Of a stretch of 64,000 nt of DNA, positions 28,001 through 43,000 are shown piece after piece. The notes under the pieces were generated by a model. That model had not been told where the DNA came from. It saw only the letters and a program-made list of their open reading frames with translations, and made no database searches. Source of the stretch: a virus; the IMG/VR virus record IMGVR_UViG_3300028384_000422, positions 1 to 64,000 of that record; one strand, given 5' to 3'. Positions within the stretch are counted from its first letter, which is position 1, and the number at the start of each line of letters is the position of its first letter. The position numbers and the translations under genes were made by a program.

Positions 28001-31000
28001 CATAACCACTACCAACAGTAGCAACTGTTGCGGTCGCACTAGAAGTTCTACCAGTTAAGGTATCGGATGCAGACCATGCGGTTCCTGTAAATGCGCCAAC
28101 AATCAACAGATTAGTTTCTTCATTCCACTCAAGAACGGTAGCATAACCGCCGCCACTAGAACGAATGACTTCACCAAGTTGGAAATTGCCAGTCAGAGAA
28201 GTGAATGTAATCTTATATGCAGTTTCCTTAACTGTAGTGTCAGTTGTAACAACATCATGAACCATATCAGTGATAATTCTATCAATGAAAGAGTTGTATA
28301 CCCATGCTCCAGAACCAAACTGAGAGTTGACCTGATTCTGAATCTCCTCCTTATAATAATTGAGGTTATAAAGAATATTCTTAGATGCACTGCGACTAAT
28401 GTCACCTCCAGGTGCAAGAATACCAATAATAATATCAATAAGATCTTCAAATCTATATACAACTTTTTCAATATCAATTACAGTTTCGGTATCGCGATAT
28501 GCAACATCATCACTGTAAATTGCCGCATAATCAGGAGAAGTAAATCCAGAGTTAAAATCATATGCTCTGTTTCTGATTGCAAAAGGACCAATATCCTTCA
28601 ATTTTTGAAGTGAATAAACAAAAGCGAGAATTTCATCTTCGATATCCTTAATTTGAAGAGATGCAGTCAGATATTTTTCAATTTCTGCAATGGTGCTATT
28701 AGTACCACCTGTCTGCAAGTCAGAAATAATACCAAGAAGAATTGCCTCTATATTTGCCTGTCTTACCAATTCATCAGCATATGTAAATGCGTTATAAGTA
28801 ACACCATTCAAATCATATTGGAATTCAGTTCTAGTATAACCAGTTACTTCTTCAGCAAGATACTGTCTGTTGAAATACAAACGATCTGCAGCAACATGGA
28901 AATCATTACCTGTAGGAGCGATAACATCGTTGATAATAGTTACCAAATTATCAATTGCTGTCTTAACGTTTGCACATCCACCAGCATCCTGAGTAATACC
29001 CCAATCACCAACAATGATTGCATCGGTATTATCATAAGTCAAATCACCTGTAATCGCTTGTTTTGCATAGAATGCAAGACGCTCATGTGCATAAACAGAT
29101 TGGAATACCTGTAAGCGAATATATAGAAGAATATCATTAGTACCAAGATAGAAGTTTGCTGCCTGAACAGTCTTCTCATTACCACCATTTTGAATATCAT
29201 CTGCAATTCCATCCAAGATCTGACCCAAGTCAGTCTTACAACGCACAGTACCATCAGTGCTACCACCACCTTGGTTACGAGGCATATCCTGTGCAAGATC
29301 AGGATAACGCTGCAACATATCAAATGCTGCTTTATCAACGATAGCAGATCTGTTTGCTCTAATCAGGTTAGCAGCATCTCTAAAGCGATATTGTGCATCG
29401 GTGTCAATTCTATTACTATAGAATACATCAGTATTTGCATCATGATAAGAAATATCGAAAGGAGTCTCTCTAAATGCATTGACTGTTCCACCAAGGAACT
29501 TGTAAGCGGGAAGTTTCTTAGTAACAGATCCAAGATAATCAACAGCAGGATCTTGACTTGCATTGTCTAATGTATCGCTGACAATAGACATCAAGTTGTC
29601 AACTGTATTAATAACATCTGTGCAATCATTGAGATTATATTCAGACTTAGTTATTGCACCGCTACTTGCGGATACGAAAGTATGTGCATATTGATCATTC
29701 TGACCAGATTTACCAACATTCACAGTGAATGTATTGGTATCAGCAGCAGTAATAACAAGAACTTGTTTTGCAGCAGGATCAGACTTTCTGGGGTATGATT
29801 TCTGTGCAGTATTTCCATCTTCAGTGCAAGTGAATACAATCGACTCAGTTGCAATGAATACGGAATCACCAGCAACCGTAATACCATTAGTGGTTGCACT
29901 TACGAAGCTATGAGTGTAGTTACCACCAGCAACAACACCATTTGTAGTTGCAGACGCAAAGGTGTGTGCTGTAGTATCCCCAGAAGTTCCAAGATCAACG
30001 GTGATTGTATTGTCTTTCTTAACAATTCCATTTGCTGTTGCACTTACAAATGTATGAACATATTGATCAGCAGCAGAAGAAGGACCAACGTTGACAGTAA
30101 ACGTATTAGTAGATACTGCAGTCGGACGTAACCATCTACCAGAGAAAGGATCGGTAGAACGAGGATAAGTCTTATTCTCAAAGTTACCATCCTTAGTGCA
30201 GGTGAATGTTAAAGAATTATCTTCAATTCTAATCTTATCACTAGTGGTGAATCCATGGTTTGCAACGGTAACTACAAGTTGACCCGATGCAGGATCATAT
30301 GTTGCTGCTGTTGCAGTACTTGTTGCACCATTCTGAGTAATTTCATATGAAGTTGCTGCTGCAGTAGGAGCAGATCCGTTAGATCCAGATCCTCTGCTGA
30401 AAGTAAGTGCATTCTGAGCAATTTGAACATTCTGACCAACTTCCAGATTATTCTCAGGAAGAGTAATTACTGCAATACCTGTAGAAGGATTATATGTTGC
30501 AGTAGTCGGAGTGTAATTAACTGTAGGAGACTTACCAACATTAACTTCAAATGTATTCGTAGCAACGTTAGAAACTTCCAACCAACCCTGAGAAGCAGGA
30601 TCATTTGCACGAGGATAAGTCTTCTGAGCAGTATTGCCGTCCATGGTGCAAGTGAAGGTCAGAGAGTTATCTGCCAACTTGATTCTGTCACCATTAGAAA
30701 GACCGTGACTGTTAGAAGTGATTTGAAGAACACCTGTAGTTGCAGTATATGTTGCACCAGTTGCAGTCTTATTGCTAGGAGCAACTAAACCATGACCATT
30801 AGAGGTAAGAACCATGAGACCCGTTGCGGGATCATATGTTGCATCAGAGGGCACAAATGTGGTTGCACTTGCGTAAGAAGACTCGGTAATAGAAGTATCA
30901 AACTTCTGAGTGAGACCATGATCACCCTGTACTTCCCAAGGTGTGTTGTTAATTACATATTCAACAATCTCTTGAGTCTTTTCTAGAGTATAGAGAGTTT

Positions 31001-34000
31001 CTGCAATTTCACTTTCAACATGACTCAATGTGATTGGGTTGACTGTTCTATTAACATACAGTGCAGAAGCATCCCAGATTTTATCATTACTACCATTTCT
31101 CAAGTCATTTACAAGAGCATCGAGAATATCACGAACATCATCCTCACAATTGATTTCTCCACCAGGAACAGTGAAATAAGGATAGCGATTCTTCATGATA
31201 TAAACTGCTTCATTCGCAATAAAGTCCTTATTGAGAATAATGTTATCAGCAGCATTGATATAACGATGAGAGTTGCCAGTAAATCCAGTAACTCCAATAC
31301 CTGTGGAGGACCTAGATGTTGCTAAGATTGCATCATTATTAAAGTACTCATCTGCAGTGAAGGACTCACCACCAGACCAGTCTTCAACATAAGTTTGACC
31401 TTCTTCTCCATCAAAGTGAAGAAGAAGTTTTGTAGTTGCATCACCTTGGAACATTCCTGTAGGAGCAGTGAATGCTGCGGTATAACGGTTAGTTGTAGAA
31501 ACACGAAGTTCGTCAATGTAACCAGCAAATTCGTTTGCGCCTGCATAGTCACCACCGATTCTGAGAGGTTTAGCGGCATAGTTATTAGCATCAATACCAA
31601 CACCTCTCTCAACACCATCAATATACAGTTTGGTGCCTCCAGAAGCGGTAGAAGAGCGAACAACTGCAATATGATACCAAACATTGTTATTAAGCGTGGT
31701 AAGACCAGAAGTTGCAATATCTACATTATTTGAATTAAAACGAACTTGACCAGCTTCAAGATACAAACGACCAGCAACATCAGATGCCTGAGTGCGGAAG
31801 TCGAGAAGAGTCTTAGTTCCACTCAAAGAAGCAGAAAGGGGCTTCACCCAAAGTTCAATTGTATACGCAGCAGTGCCGAATGCAAATTCACTCGAAGATG
31901 GAGTGCTAATGTATTCGTCGATAGGAACAGCACCAACGTTGACTGTAATCGTAGTAGAAGTTACTGCACTGATAGCAAGTGCTGTACCAGATGCAGGATC
32001 AGTAGAACGAGGATACGACTTATTGGAAGTATCTCCATCTTGATCGCATGTGAATGTAACAGCGTTATCTGCGATTGTGACAGTGTTGGAAGTGGTAAGA
32101 GAGTGATTACCAATCTCAAGGGTCATTGCACCCGTTGCAGGGTTATATGACGTGCCTGTAGCAGCAGTGTATGTGCCTGTAGCACCACCGCCAGCAACAA
32201 TACCATCGGCAACACCACTTACAAATGTATGATCGGAAAGACCAGCAGAGAGTGCTAAACAGGAAGATCCAAACTTCTCATTGTAAGTATTAATATAAGC
32301 ACCTGCTTCCCATGTCCACTGGAAGTAATCTTGACCATTACGTTGTGAGCGACCAATCTTACCAACATAAACGGTGTTAATAGCAGAGTTATAACCGATA
32401 ACTTCTGCTTTTGTATCACGGGTTCTAATAATTTGACCAGCAGCAAAGAAACCATCACCAATCTTATCAGTGAATGTTAGTTTTCTAACAACGCCGTTCT
32501 CTATTTGGAAATCACCAACATTGTTACCGTAATCAATTTTATAGTTACGAACAATTTCATCAGCATCAAAATCTCCAGATGCATTATCATAAGGAATTAC
32601 ATAATTATTAATCTGTTCATTTGCAGGGAAGTTAGAGTTAAATGCGGTTGCATTATCACCATACTGAACAACATTGACTTGAGAAGAGGAAATATCGTCG
32701 AGGATTACGTTAGGATAAGTTTGAGATGCAATTCTGTTGAACAGCAGACCGAAGAAAGAAGAACCTTCAGAAATATTGACCTGACCAATAAACTCTTGAG
32801 TTGTAGGATCTTGATATGTGGCAGTAGCAGTAACTCTTGCAACAACACCCGACTGAGCACCGATAATGACATCATTAAGTTGAATATCAAACAATCCAGG
32901 TGTAGACTGATATGTACCAGCAGTCTTACTTAAAGTAAGTGCATTAGTAACAGAAATAGCAGTTCCATATACAGGAGCATCTTCTTGCTGAGGTGCTGCA
33001 GCGGTTCCATTTTGACCTCTAGTTACTCCAATAGTAGTAGACTCACTACCATCAGTAACAGAGTTAACTAAGAAGATTTCGGAACCGACTTGATAGTTAT
33101 CGCCAACAACGAATGTTCCTGCAGCAACAGGCGAATCTGTAGCAGCAGATACATCAATTACTTCAATATTAGTGGTTGCAGCACCGATAGTGTAGCGCAG
33201 TTTTGCAACAGGTGTTTCTTGACCTCTTTCCAGGTTAATCTGTTCAACAATAGCAGTATCGCCATCGAAGTTGGTAATTTTCTCACCGAAAACAAACAGA
33301 CCCAGATTTGTAACTGCTGTGTTAGTTGCTAAGTTAGCATTAAATCCAGTAGTGCTACCAGTGATCAATTCACCGATAATAAACGTGCCAGACTCCATGA
33401 AACCGTTAACTGTGTCACCAACAACACTAGTAACAATCAATCGTGCAGCAGAACTAGTACCAACTAATGTATTACCAGCTAACGGGAAAATACCACTCTG
33501 ATTAGTAAATGTCAGAGAAATAGTATTGATTTGATCAATGGTAATATTTACATACTTAACACTTGCAGGAGGTGAAGGAGGTTCTTGGAAAACAATAGAA
33601 TCATTTTGAATTTCAAACGATGTTCCAGGGTTCTGAACGATACCGTTAAGAACAATCATTAACTGATTAGCGTTTGCAACAACGTTGTCTCCATCAACAG
33701 TTAGAGGGAACGCAATGCGCTCACCATCAAACAGATTAGAAATGTCATCCAATCTTTGAACAACAGAGGTTAAGATGTTCTCAGAAGAGGTCAGTCTCTT
33801 TTGACGGAACAGAACTTCTGTATTATTGAATTCGGAATATACAGGTTCAACCAGAGCAAAGTTCTGAATATTAGGAACAATTGCAGCTTGTGTAAGTTCA
33901 ACCGACTTAGTTAACTCGAAGAAAGTCTCTTTATTAGGAACGAATCCATACTCATTTAAGTTCAGTTCACCAAAGACCTTGAAGGATGCTGGGTGAACGT

Positions 34001-37000
34001 TCTTGATAAGAATTTCTTTCCACTCACCAATCGAAACAGCAGACTTAACAGCATAGGAGAAGTCCTGATAATAGTAAGAGTCTTGAATCTTCTGAATAAT
34101 TTCAGACGGTTTACCAACGTCATCGATAAACTGACCCGTAGTTTCTGTAATAGAACCAATTTCAAGAACACCTTTAGCAATCTTCAGATCACTAATAATA
34201 CCAGAAGATTTAGAAATAACACCTGTGATTCTTTGATTTGCAGAGAAGTCGCCAGTATAGTCAACGATCTTGAGAATTCTAGGACCAACTTGCCAACCAC
34301 TATTTGTAGAAACATAACCAGTTGCTGTTGCAACATCCAGAGAATCACCTTGATATACAAGTTCACCCTCAAGGAATGTAGAAGTTCCAACATTTGCCGT
34401 TGCAGAACCACCGAAAGATTCAGTCAAGATAGACTGACGACCATTACCTGCATTACTGAATGTAAGTGCGTCACCCAGTTCTGCGTTAGCAGGAGTGATA
34501 GCAAGTTTTAACTGATCATCTTCCAAAGAGTTTGCTGTACCAGCAATTGCATAATAAGTGGTAGATCCGTTTAAACGACCAGTTGCGCCAGATGACAGAG
34601 GGAATTCTGCACCATCACCAGTATCAGTTACCGAAACCGTAACTTCAGCACCATTTGTAATACCATGAGGGAAGGAGAATTGAAGCAGACCTAAGTCAAG
34701 GTTGATAACATAGTTGAAAGAAGATTTCAGACTTACAGTAGGTGTAGAAGAATAACCAGCACCAGGATCTTTGATCAAAATTTGATCCAAACGACCATTC
34801 TTAATTGTTGCCTCAGCAACAGCACCAGAACCGCCACCACCAGAGATAATAACAGCAGGTGCCTGAGAATAACCCGAACCAGGATCATTGACAGTAATAC
34901 TAGTAAGAATGCTAGTAGATGTTAACTGTGCGTTGATTGGGAAAGTAATTTCAGGACGCAACGTATAGTCATGAGGATAATCATAACCAAAGTTATTGTT
35001 CTTAAGTTTCTTGATCTTACCGACCTTATCACCCTTAGTGAAAACAGATGCTCCAGAACCGAAGGAGGGAATAACAACCTCAACTTCAGCACCAGAACCA
35101 GTCAAACCAGCACCAAGAATACCATCAACAGAATCAATATCAATAGTTGCAGTGGTATAACCTTTACCAGGAGAGGTAACCGTAACTGCTTGAATCTGTC
35201 CAGGGATTGCATCACCTTCAGAGTCAGTGCCATCAGCAACAGTAATTTCTACTAATCCACCTTCACCATCACCTGCAATAGGAACACCTCGATATTGACC
35301 AACTGCATATTCAGTTCCAGGTTCATTAATTTGAACTCTCTCAATTTGTCTTGTAGATTGAATATCAGAAACAATAGGTAATCTCTGATAGAATCCACCA
35401 GCGTTAACAACTCTAATGTCACTGATAGAACCAACTGCTTTCTTAGAACTAGTGCTATAAGACGCTTGACTGATATCTGCAGGACCTTCAGGCTCATTCA
35501 GCAGAGGGAATTTAATAATGTCAGCACCACGAGTAATTGTTGCACCAGCAACACCACTGAGTTGGAATGTTCCGACATATGGAGAATCTACAACGTCAAG
35601 ATAACTACCAGGAATGACAGGAGAATCATCACCCGTTCTAGAAGGATCAAAGTAGTACGAGATATTGGTTACAATGTTTCTATCAACCTTGAGTTTAACA
35701 GTAGGAGTAGGTTGACCTTCACCAGTAAGACCAGGAGTTCCAACACGTTCAATAGAGTTGAATGAATATTCCAACTTATACAGGTTATCCTTAGAGAAGG
35801 ATAAGTTGCCACCTTCAAGAGAGGAATGACTAAGGTCAAACAGATATTGATGACCATAATACATCTTCAAGGTAGGAGACTTCGAGAAGATACTAACACC
35901 CGATGCTGTTGTAGCAGGATCAGAAACTGCTGCAGCAGTTAACTTGTAAACAAATTCCAGAGGACTGATTACTTGATTGACTGCGAACGCACCATCATAT
36001 TCATCATATGTAACTCCACCAACATCTTGAGACGGGTTACCATCAACAAAGATAACATCACCAGCATCAAGATAATGATTAGTATCGGTAATTACATAAA
36101 CTTCATCGCCATTCTCACGAGCAGTGACTTGAAGAATCTTAGTAAGATTTGTAATTACAGTAACTTTGGTAACACCAGTCAGACCTGTAATTTGAGCGGT
36201 GCTATATGCAGAATTGAATGAAATATTTCCAGAAGCAATCTGAACAACAGATCCAACAATATACGGGGAAGATCCGCTAACTTCGTCAATTCTAATGGAA
36301 TAATCATCATCAGAATATGGTTTGAATACTGCATATTCATCAAGATTATTAGTTCCACCTATATCAGTAGGAGCGTTAAAGTCTGCCAGATCAAGATCAA
36401 AGGTTCCAGGAGTAGTATTAATTACTTGTGCAAAAGAGTAACTATCAATCTGATTAATATCATTAGGAATTACACCAGTAATACCATAAGTAGACTGTTC
36501 ATTAAACTGCTCTGTAGAGAGACGACCCGTGTTCAGATCGTTAGACCAAGTGTTATTATTAACCGCAACAAAAACATGATTGGTTGTAGTATCAACCTTA
36601 GTAATATATCCGCTGTTAATAAATGCTCCTGATGTATTCCTCAGTACTAACTTAGAACCAACGGTAAATCTAAATGACTGATTAATAGTCAGTTTTTGAA
36701 TATTATCAATCTTAAGAGTATTTGTTACTTTGAAGAAATATCTATCTTTAACAACTGCAGTTACCTGCAACTTCTGAGAACCAGGAGAAGGAACAGTTGC
36801 AGTTCTGGAACTCCATATATCCTGAGTATAAGTCAATGTCTCAGAATCTTGAGTCATTGTAGTATCCGCATCATCAAAGTCAAGTGATTGTAGACCAGCA
36901 TCACCTAAAGCATACTCGGAAGTAGAAATAGTAAGAGTGGATCCTGTAACAGGAGTTACTGCAGTTCTTGTAAATGCAATACCAGTATTTGTCTGAGTTG

Positions 37001-40000
37001 CCTTATCACCAAGTCTTACAGCATCAGCATCCTTGTCAACTTTAAGTCCAAAACCAGCGTAATCAATGTAATCGTAACGACCCAGATAATCAGGGAACCA
37101 AGTAAGATCGGTGTATGTGTAGGAAAGTCCAATTGCACCATTAGTTGGAAGAACCGAGATATCACTAGGTGTAGTAGGAGTAACGGCACGATTTCTCAGA
37201 CGGAAGTTATCAGTAATATACTGACCTTGCTCATTTACACGGAATGTGCCAGTAGTGCCATCTTTACCAGAGATTTGACCAACTAAGAAATCTTTGTTTG
37301 CAAAATTAGTGTCGGAAAGAGTTGCGGTAATTACTGAAATGCCATTGACATATACAGTGAATGTATTACCATCTCTCTTAAGACCAATAAACTGCCAAGT
37401 GTCATCAGCAAACATCGTAGTTTGCGTAGATTGTACAGCACTTCCTAAGTTGATGGTTGTAGTGTTATTAGTAACAACTAAGGAGAGTTTACCATCAGCA
37501 ACGTTGTAATACAACCAAAGACCACCTGTAGCATCGGTGGCATCACCAATAGAGAATAAGGTATGTTGAGTGATACCAGAAACAGCAGTGAAATTGGTAT
37601 CTTTAAAGATCTGCATTTCGGCAGTCCAGTTACCATTCAACTTAGTTCCTAATTGAGCGCCAGTAACTTTTAGGTTGCCTCTTGTCCAAGTGCTTTGACC
37701 AGTCTGATAACCATAGATCTTTGCATATCCACCATCGTAATCCAAAGAACCGCTAGTAGATTCGGTAGTCAGTGTGTAATGTCCAGTGGTATCAGTAGTT
37801 GTAGATCCCGTATTAAAGGGGAAAATAAACTCGTTACGGTTCCAAGAGATCTGACCGAAGACATGAACGTCTGCAGAGTTGTCTACATCTAAAGAGTGTG
37901 CGGTAATACCTTCAATATTTGCTTCGTCGAAGTTATTGGTAGTATGATTTTTAACAATACCATTATAACCAATCTTAACTGTATCTACAGTCTTCAACCC
38001 AGTTGTATTATCAGTACGATTAAATGCAACGTTCAGATCACCGAAAATGTCGATTTCTGAATTGCCAACCATATCAACTTCTCTACCAGGAGCAACATAA
38101 CGATAGTTCCAGATAAGAGCACCGTCAGTATTAATCTTACCAACCCAGAAACTATCTTTGTTGGTATCATCGGACTTAAGACGACAATTACCTAAAACAT
38201 AAATTTCATTAAATTCGTCAATACACAGACTAGTATTCAAAGTTGAATATAAGGTGTTTGTATACTTCTTAATCCAAACACTGGTAATTGCAGATGCTCC
38301 GATGGACGCTTTACCAACTGCCACATCGACATCGCCAGCAACGTTAGTGTCAGCAACTTCTAGTGAATAATAGATGTCTTCTCCATTGACAATGATGTCA
38401 GTGATCTTTTCAGATTTATTTGACGATGCAAACTTTCTCTTAACTGAGAAGTTACCGCTAGTATCAATAGATGCGATGAATGCATCTTCAGGACTTACCG
38501 AGTTTGTATTAGTAAAACCACCAATTAAGAAACGAGTATCAGAATACTTAACAAGAGATGTAACAACATCACCACGGGTGCTACCAGAAATACCAGCATA
38601 ACCTTTCTGAAAAGTCAGTGTTGCACTTAAACCATTATCTGCTTGAGTATACTTAGCAAGAATAATGTCTGGGTTATAATCAGCAAGAATGCTGCTATTT
38701 GGTCTATTTTGTCCAACTACCCAAACCGCGTTACCATCAACAACCAGTTTTGAAAATTCTGCTTCCTGTTGTCCAGTACCAAGTTCTAATGTTTTCTGCC
38801 ATTCTTTAACACCTGTAGCAGAGAGTTTAGCAACAAATGCAACTACATTATCACTAGCATCTTTTGTCTTGCCACAAATGAATACCTCTTTATTGTCATT
38901 GACAAAGGTATCGTTGACCTTTACATAGTCATTGTTATTGATAAAGGAGACATAATAATCTGCCTTTTTGAATACCTGTGGGTGAGAAAGAATGACTCTA
39001 GGATTACTTGTATATCCAGAACCAGAATTAAGGATATTGACAGTATCGATAGATCCAACAGAAGATACGACTGCCTGTAGTCTAGCATCAGCACCACTGT
39101 CACTATCAATAACAATTGTGGGAGGAATATCTTCATTATAACCAGAACCAGTCTGATTAATAATAATCTCTTCGATACCCGTATATTGACGAACAATAAA
39201 CTGCTTGTTAGTGTTGTCCATAACAGGACTGTAGTCAACAAATACAGTATCACCAACAACCAGGTTATGAGGTTCTTCAGTTGTTAAGACACCATAATTT
39301 TGTCCACTAATACTTTCAAAGGTATAAGCTTCTACAGTTTCTCCCTTAATTCTAGAAACACGAGCGGAAACACCAGATCCACCAGTATTAGTATTATCAA
39401 AGATAAGTCTATCATCGACCTGATAGGAAAGTCCTGGGTTTTCAATTGTAAATCCAGTTACAGAAGCATCCTCAAACTTAGTAGTCGTTTCAACTTCAAT
39501 ATCAACCTTAGAATCCAGTTTTACCTTCGGGAAATAATCATAAAGTTGCAAAGGAGATTCTTCAAAGACCTGATCGGGATCATCAAGTTCTGCCTGTTCA
39601 ATAACACCACTTCTATCTTCGTCTTCTACTTCAAACAGAAGAATATCACCGTTTTCTAATGTCAATGCATTTGTAGATGCATTAGGAGCACGCTCAACAT
39701 CGATGTCAACATTCTCATATGGATCGCGATAACGAACAACACCAGTTGGAATATTCTGTTGAACTGCATCGGTGCTCAAGTTCCACTTATCAACAACGGA
39801 GTTGAAGCTAGGACCAAGAACATATGGGAATACAGGATTACCTGCTTCTGCAGCATCAATAGTGACAAAATAGCAATATCTACCTTCGGGGAAATCAGGT
39901 GTTTTGCAGAAACGACCGTTATATTGGTCTAGATCACCTGAGTTAAAAACATATTGATAGTCTTCAACGAAATTACCTGCCGCTTCTTCAGAAAGTAAGG

Positions 40001-43000
40001 GACCAGCAGTTCTTACGGGATTTGGATTAGTATCAACGTTGTATACCAATTCGGTCTTCAGACTATAAGAAGTACGCATTCTGGTAATCGAAGATCCTTG
40101 ATCCGTAGGATCAGTATATGCATAAGGACCGTAAATCGGGTTACCATCAAACGCCCAACCAATAATAGGAGAGTGAACAAGTTGATCTTCTTGCTCAAGA
40201 ATACTACCAGCAGTGTCTTGGAAAAGATTATCACCGAGAATATATCTCAGTCTTTGTGGGTTGGAGATGTGTGCATATTCTCCACCATACTGATTATTAA
40301 ATCCTTCAGCAACAAATCCTTTTGCACTATCAATTGTGGAAGTTTCTTGTAAGTTATATGTCCACTTGAATACTTGTGCTGAGAATTGAGCACCTTGACC
40401 AATAGAATTCAAGTTGATAATAGTTTGTCCTTGAGTATATCCAATACCCTTGTTAACAATAGTGATACCAGTAACTCTACCAGCATTTTCACCATCAGTA
40501 TCAATAGTCGCTCTTGCTACAGCACCGAAACCATCACCTTGAATTTGAATCTCTGGTGCAGTAGTGTATCCAGATCCAGCAGAAATAATAGCAATAGAAA
40601 TAATTCTACCATTATTAACAATTGGTTGAGCAACTGCACCAGAACCAGAACTCAGTGTAACAGTAGGAGTTGAAGTATAAGAAACACCACCATTAACGAT
40701 ATTGACAGATTTGATAGGACCTCTAACAAATGCAGTACCAGTAGCACCTGTTCCGCCTCCACCAACAATAGTAATAGAAGGTTGAGATGTATATCCAGTT
40801 CCACCCTCATTGATAAGAATTCTAGAAACTACACCCTTAGTGATAATTGCCGTTGCAGACGCACCAGAACCGCCTCCACCAACGATAGAGACGAGAGGGG
40901 AGGATGTATACCCAGAACCACCAGAATCAACTGTAATCTCGCTAATAGCACCATCAACAACTACATCTGCAGTAGCACCAGTTCCTCCACCACCATCAAT
41001 GGTGATAACAGGGGGATTTGCTGCATCATATCCCTCACCTTTGTTGGGGATATCAATTGAAGTAACTGCACCAAAAGTTTTTGTGATAGTAGACTTATAG
41101 GACCATACTGAGACACCATTCACCCATGTTCCAATAGGACCAGAAGCAATTGTATTCTTAGTCGAAATAGTTACAGGTGATGTGGGGAATCTGTTCAGTT
41201 TACGCTGATTACCAGGTAAAAGAGCAGATCCAGGGAAAGGACCAATATTATAGTTCGGAATACCCGTAGATGCAACGTAAACGTAGTTGTCATTAAAGAA
41301 AGTATTCTGAATGTTAGTGGTATAAGGTCCAATAGCATTAAGAACAATCTGACTATCAGATTTACCCTTGTTCAAGTCAATAGAAACAAGAATATTACCT
41401 TGAGGAACTGTAGTTGCAGGTTGAGGTAATTGATATTGGAAAACCGTAGAACTATCTCTGGAAGTTACCAAAAACGTTCCGTTATAGATGATTGGGTTTG
41501 CACCATAGACCGTAACTTGGTCTCCAACCAAAAGACCGTGAGGATTAGAGCAAGTAACAGTTGCAGACTGGTTATTTACACCACCAAAAGTGATACCAGA
41601 TACTTCAACCAGTTTTTTAACGTTATACAACCAAGTTGTTAACTGAGAAGACGTTCCTGTGCCACCCAGTTTAGAAACTGACAGTTTATCACCAGGAAGA
41701 TAATAAGAACCTGTGTCAGTAAGAGTGGTTTGTTGAGCATCAACAATACCAACAATATTCATTACAACTTCTTGAGCAGTGCCCTTGTTTAAGAAGATTG
41801 TAAAGTTGGAAGAAACCTCTGTAGCAGAATCCCAGTCTTCTACAGTTCCATTTACAGAACGGGTACACTCAATGAACTGGTTTAGTGACTTTTCTTTGTA
41901 TTGAATGACTTCTCTGCCAAGTCCACTACCAATTACAAATTCTCCGTTTCTTTCTGGCCAACCAATCGTAGAGTCAACGGTGATAATACTATCAGTAGTG
42001 TTGAGAGGTTCTGCGAGACGAGTTTTATAAGGAACAGTAAAAGTTCCTGTAATAGTTTCTTCAGAAAGAACAAGTTCAAAGATTTCTACATCAGAAGTTT
42101 TAATCGAAATATAGTTTTCAACCAAAGCACTTGCTGCTTGGACATTAGAGTCTGCAATATCCGCTTCTTGAGTAATCAGAGCGTCTCTGATGTCTACAGG
42201 ATTACCACTAACCAAAGTGGCACGAAGAATTGTGTCAACAGACCAAGTTGCAGCAGAGGGTTTGATGATTTGGTCTTTCGGATACGAAATAGAGACCGTT
42301 TCACCATAAAGTAATTTGAAAAGATATGCAATACTAAACGAAGTTCCTTTTGCTGAATAAAAATCTTTAATTGACTTGATTGCGTTACGAACGTCAATCT
42401 TTTTATAGTCTAATTGAGGAACATCGGGTAAAAACTGCTCAGTATACTTGTCAAGCAGTCTTTTAATGAATAAAGCATCCAAACACTTGACTTCTGCGTC
42501 TACTGCAGCAGATGCCGCTAACGTATTATTAGAAAACTTGGCATTACCATCTTCGGTATAAGAGGTTATGCCACTTGCAGATCTGGCACAACCATTAAAC
42601 GCCGCTTTATCATATTCTGTTCCTGATTTTTGAACTTCAAAACCAGTTACCTCATTAAGACCGATTTCAACTGATGCCTGAGCAGAAGGAGGGTCCTGAA
42701 TGACAATCTTTGGGGGTTGTGTGACGCTGTAACCAGTACCAAACTCAGTTACGTTAATATCAGTAATCTGACCATTAAAGATCGATGCTACTGCCTTAGC
42801 GCCAGTTCCTCCAGAGTAGTTACCTTGAGCATCAGTGCGAGTGTCAACGATATAAACCGAAGGGATCTCATCATATCCACTACCACCATTAAGAAGTTCG
42901 ATACCGATAACACGACCATTACCATCGACTCTAGTTTCAAGAACTTGAGCACCAACTGGGTCAATAATTGCAATTCTAGGAGTTGTGGTATAACCTTGAC

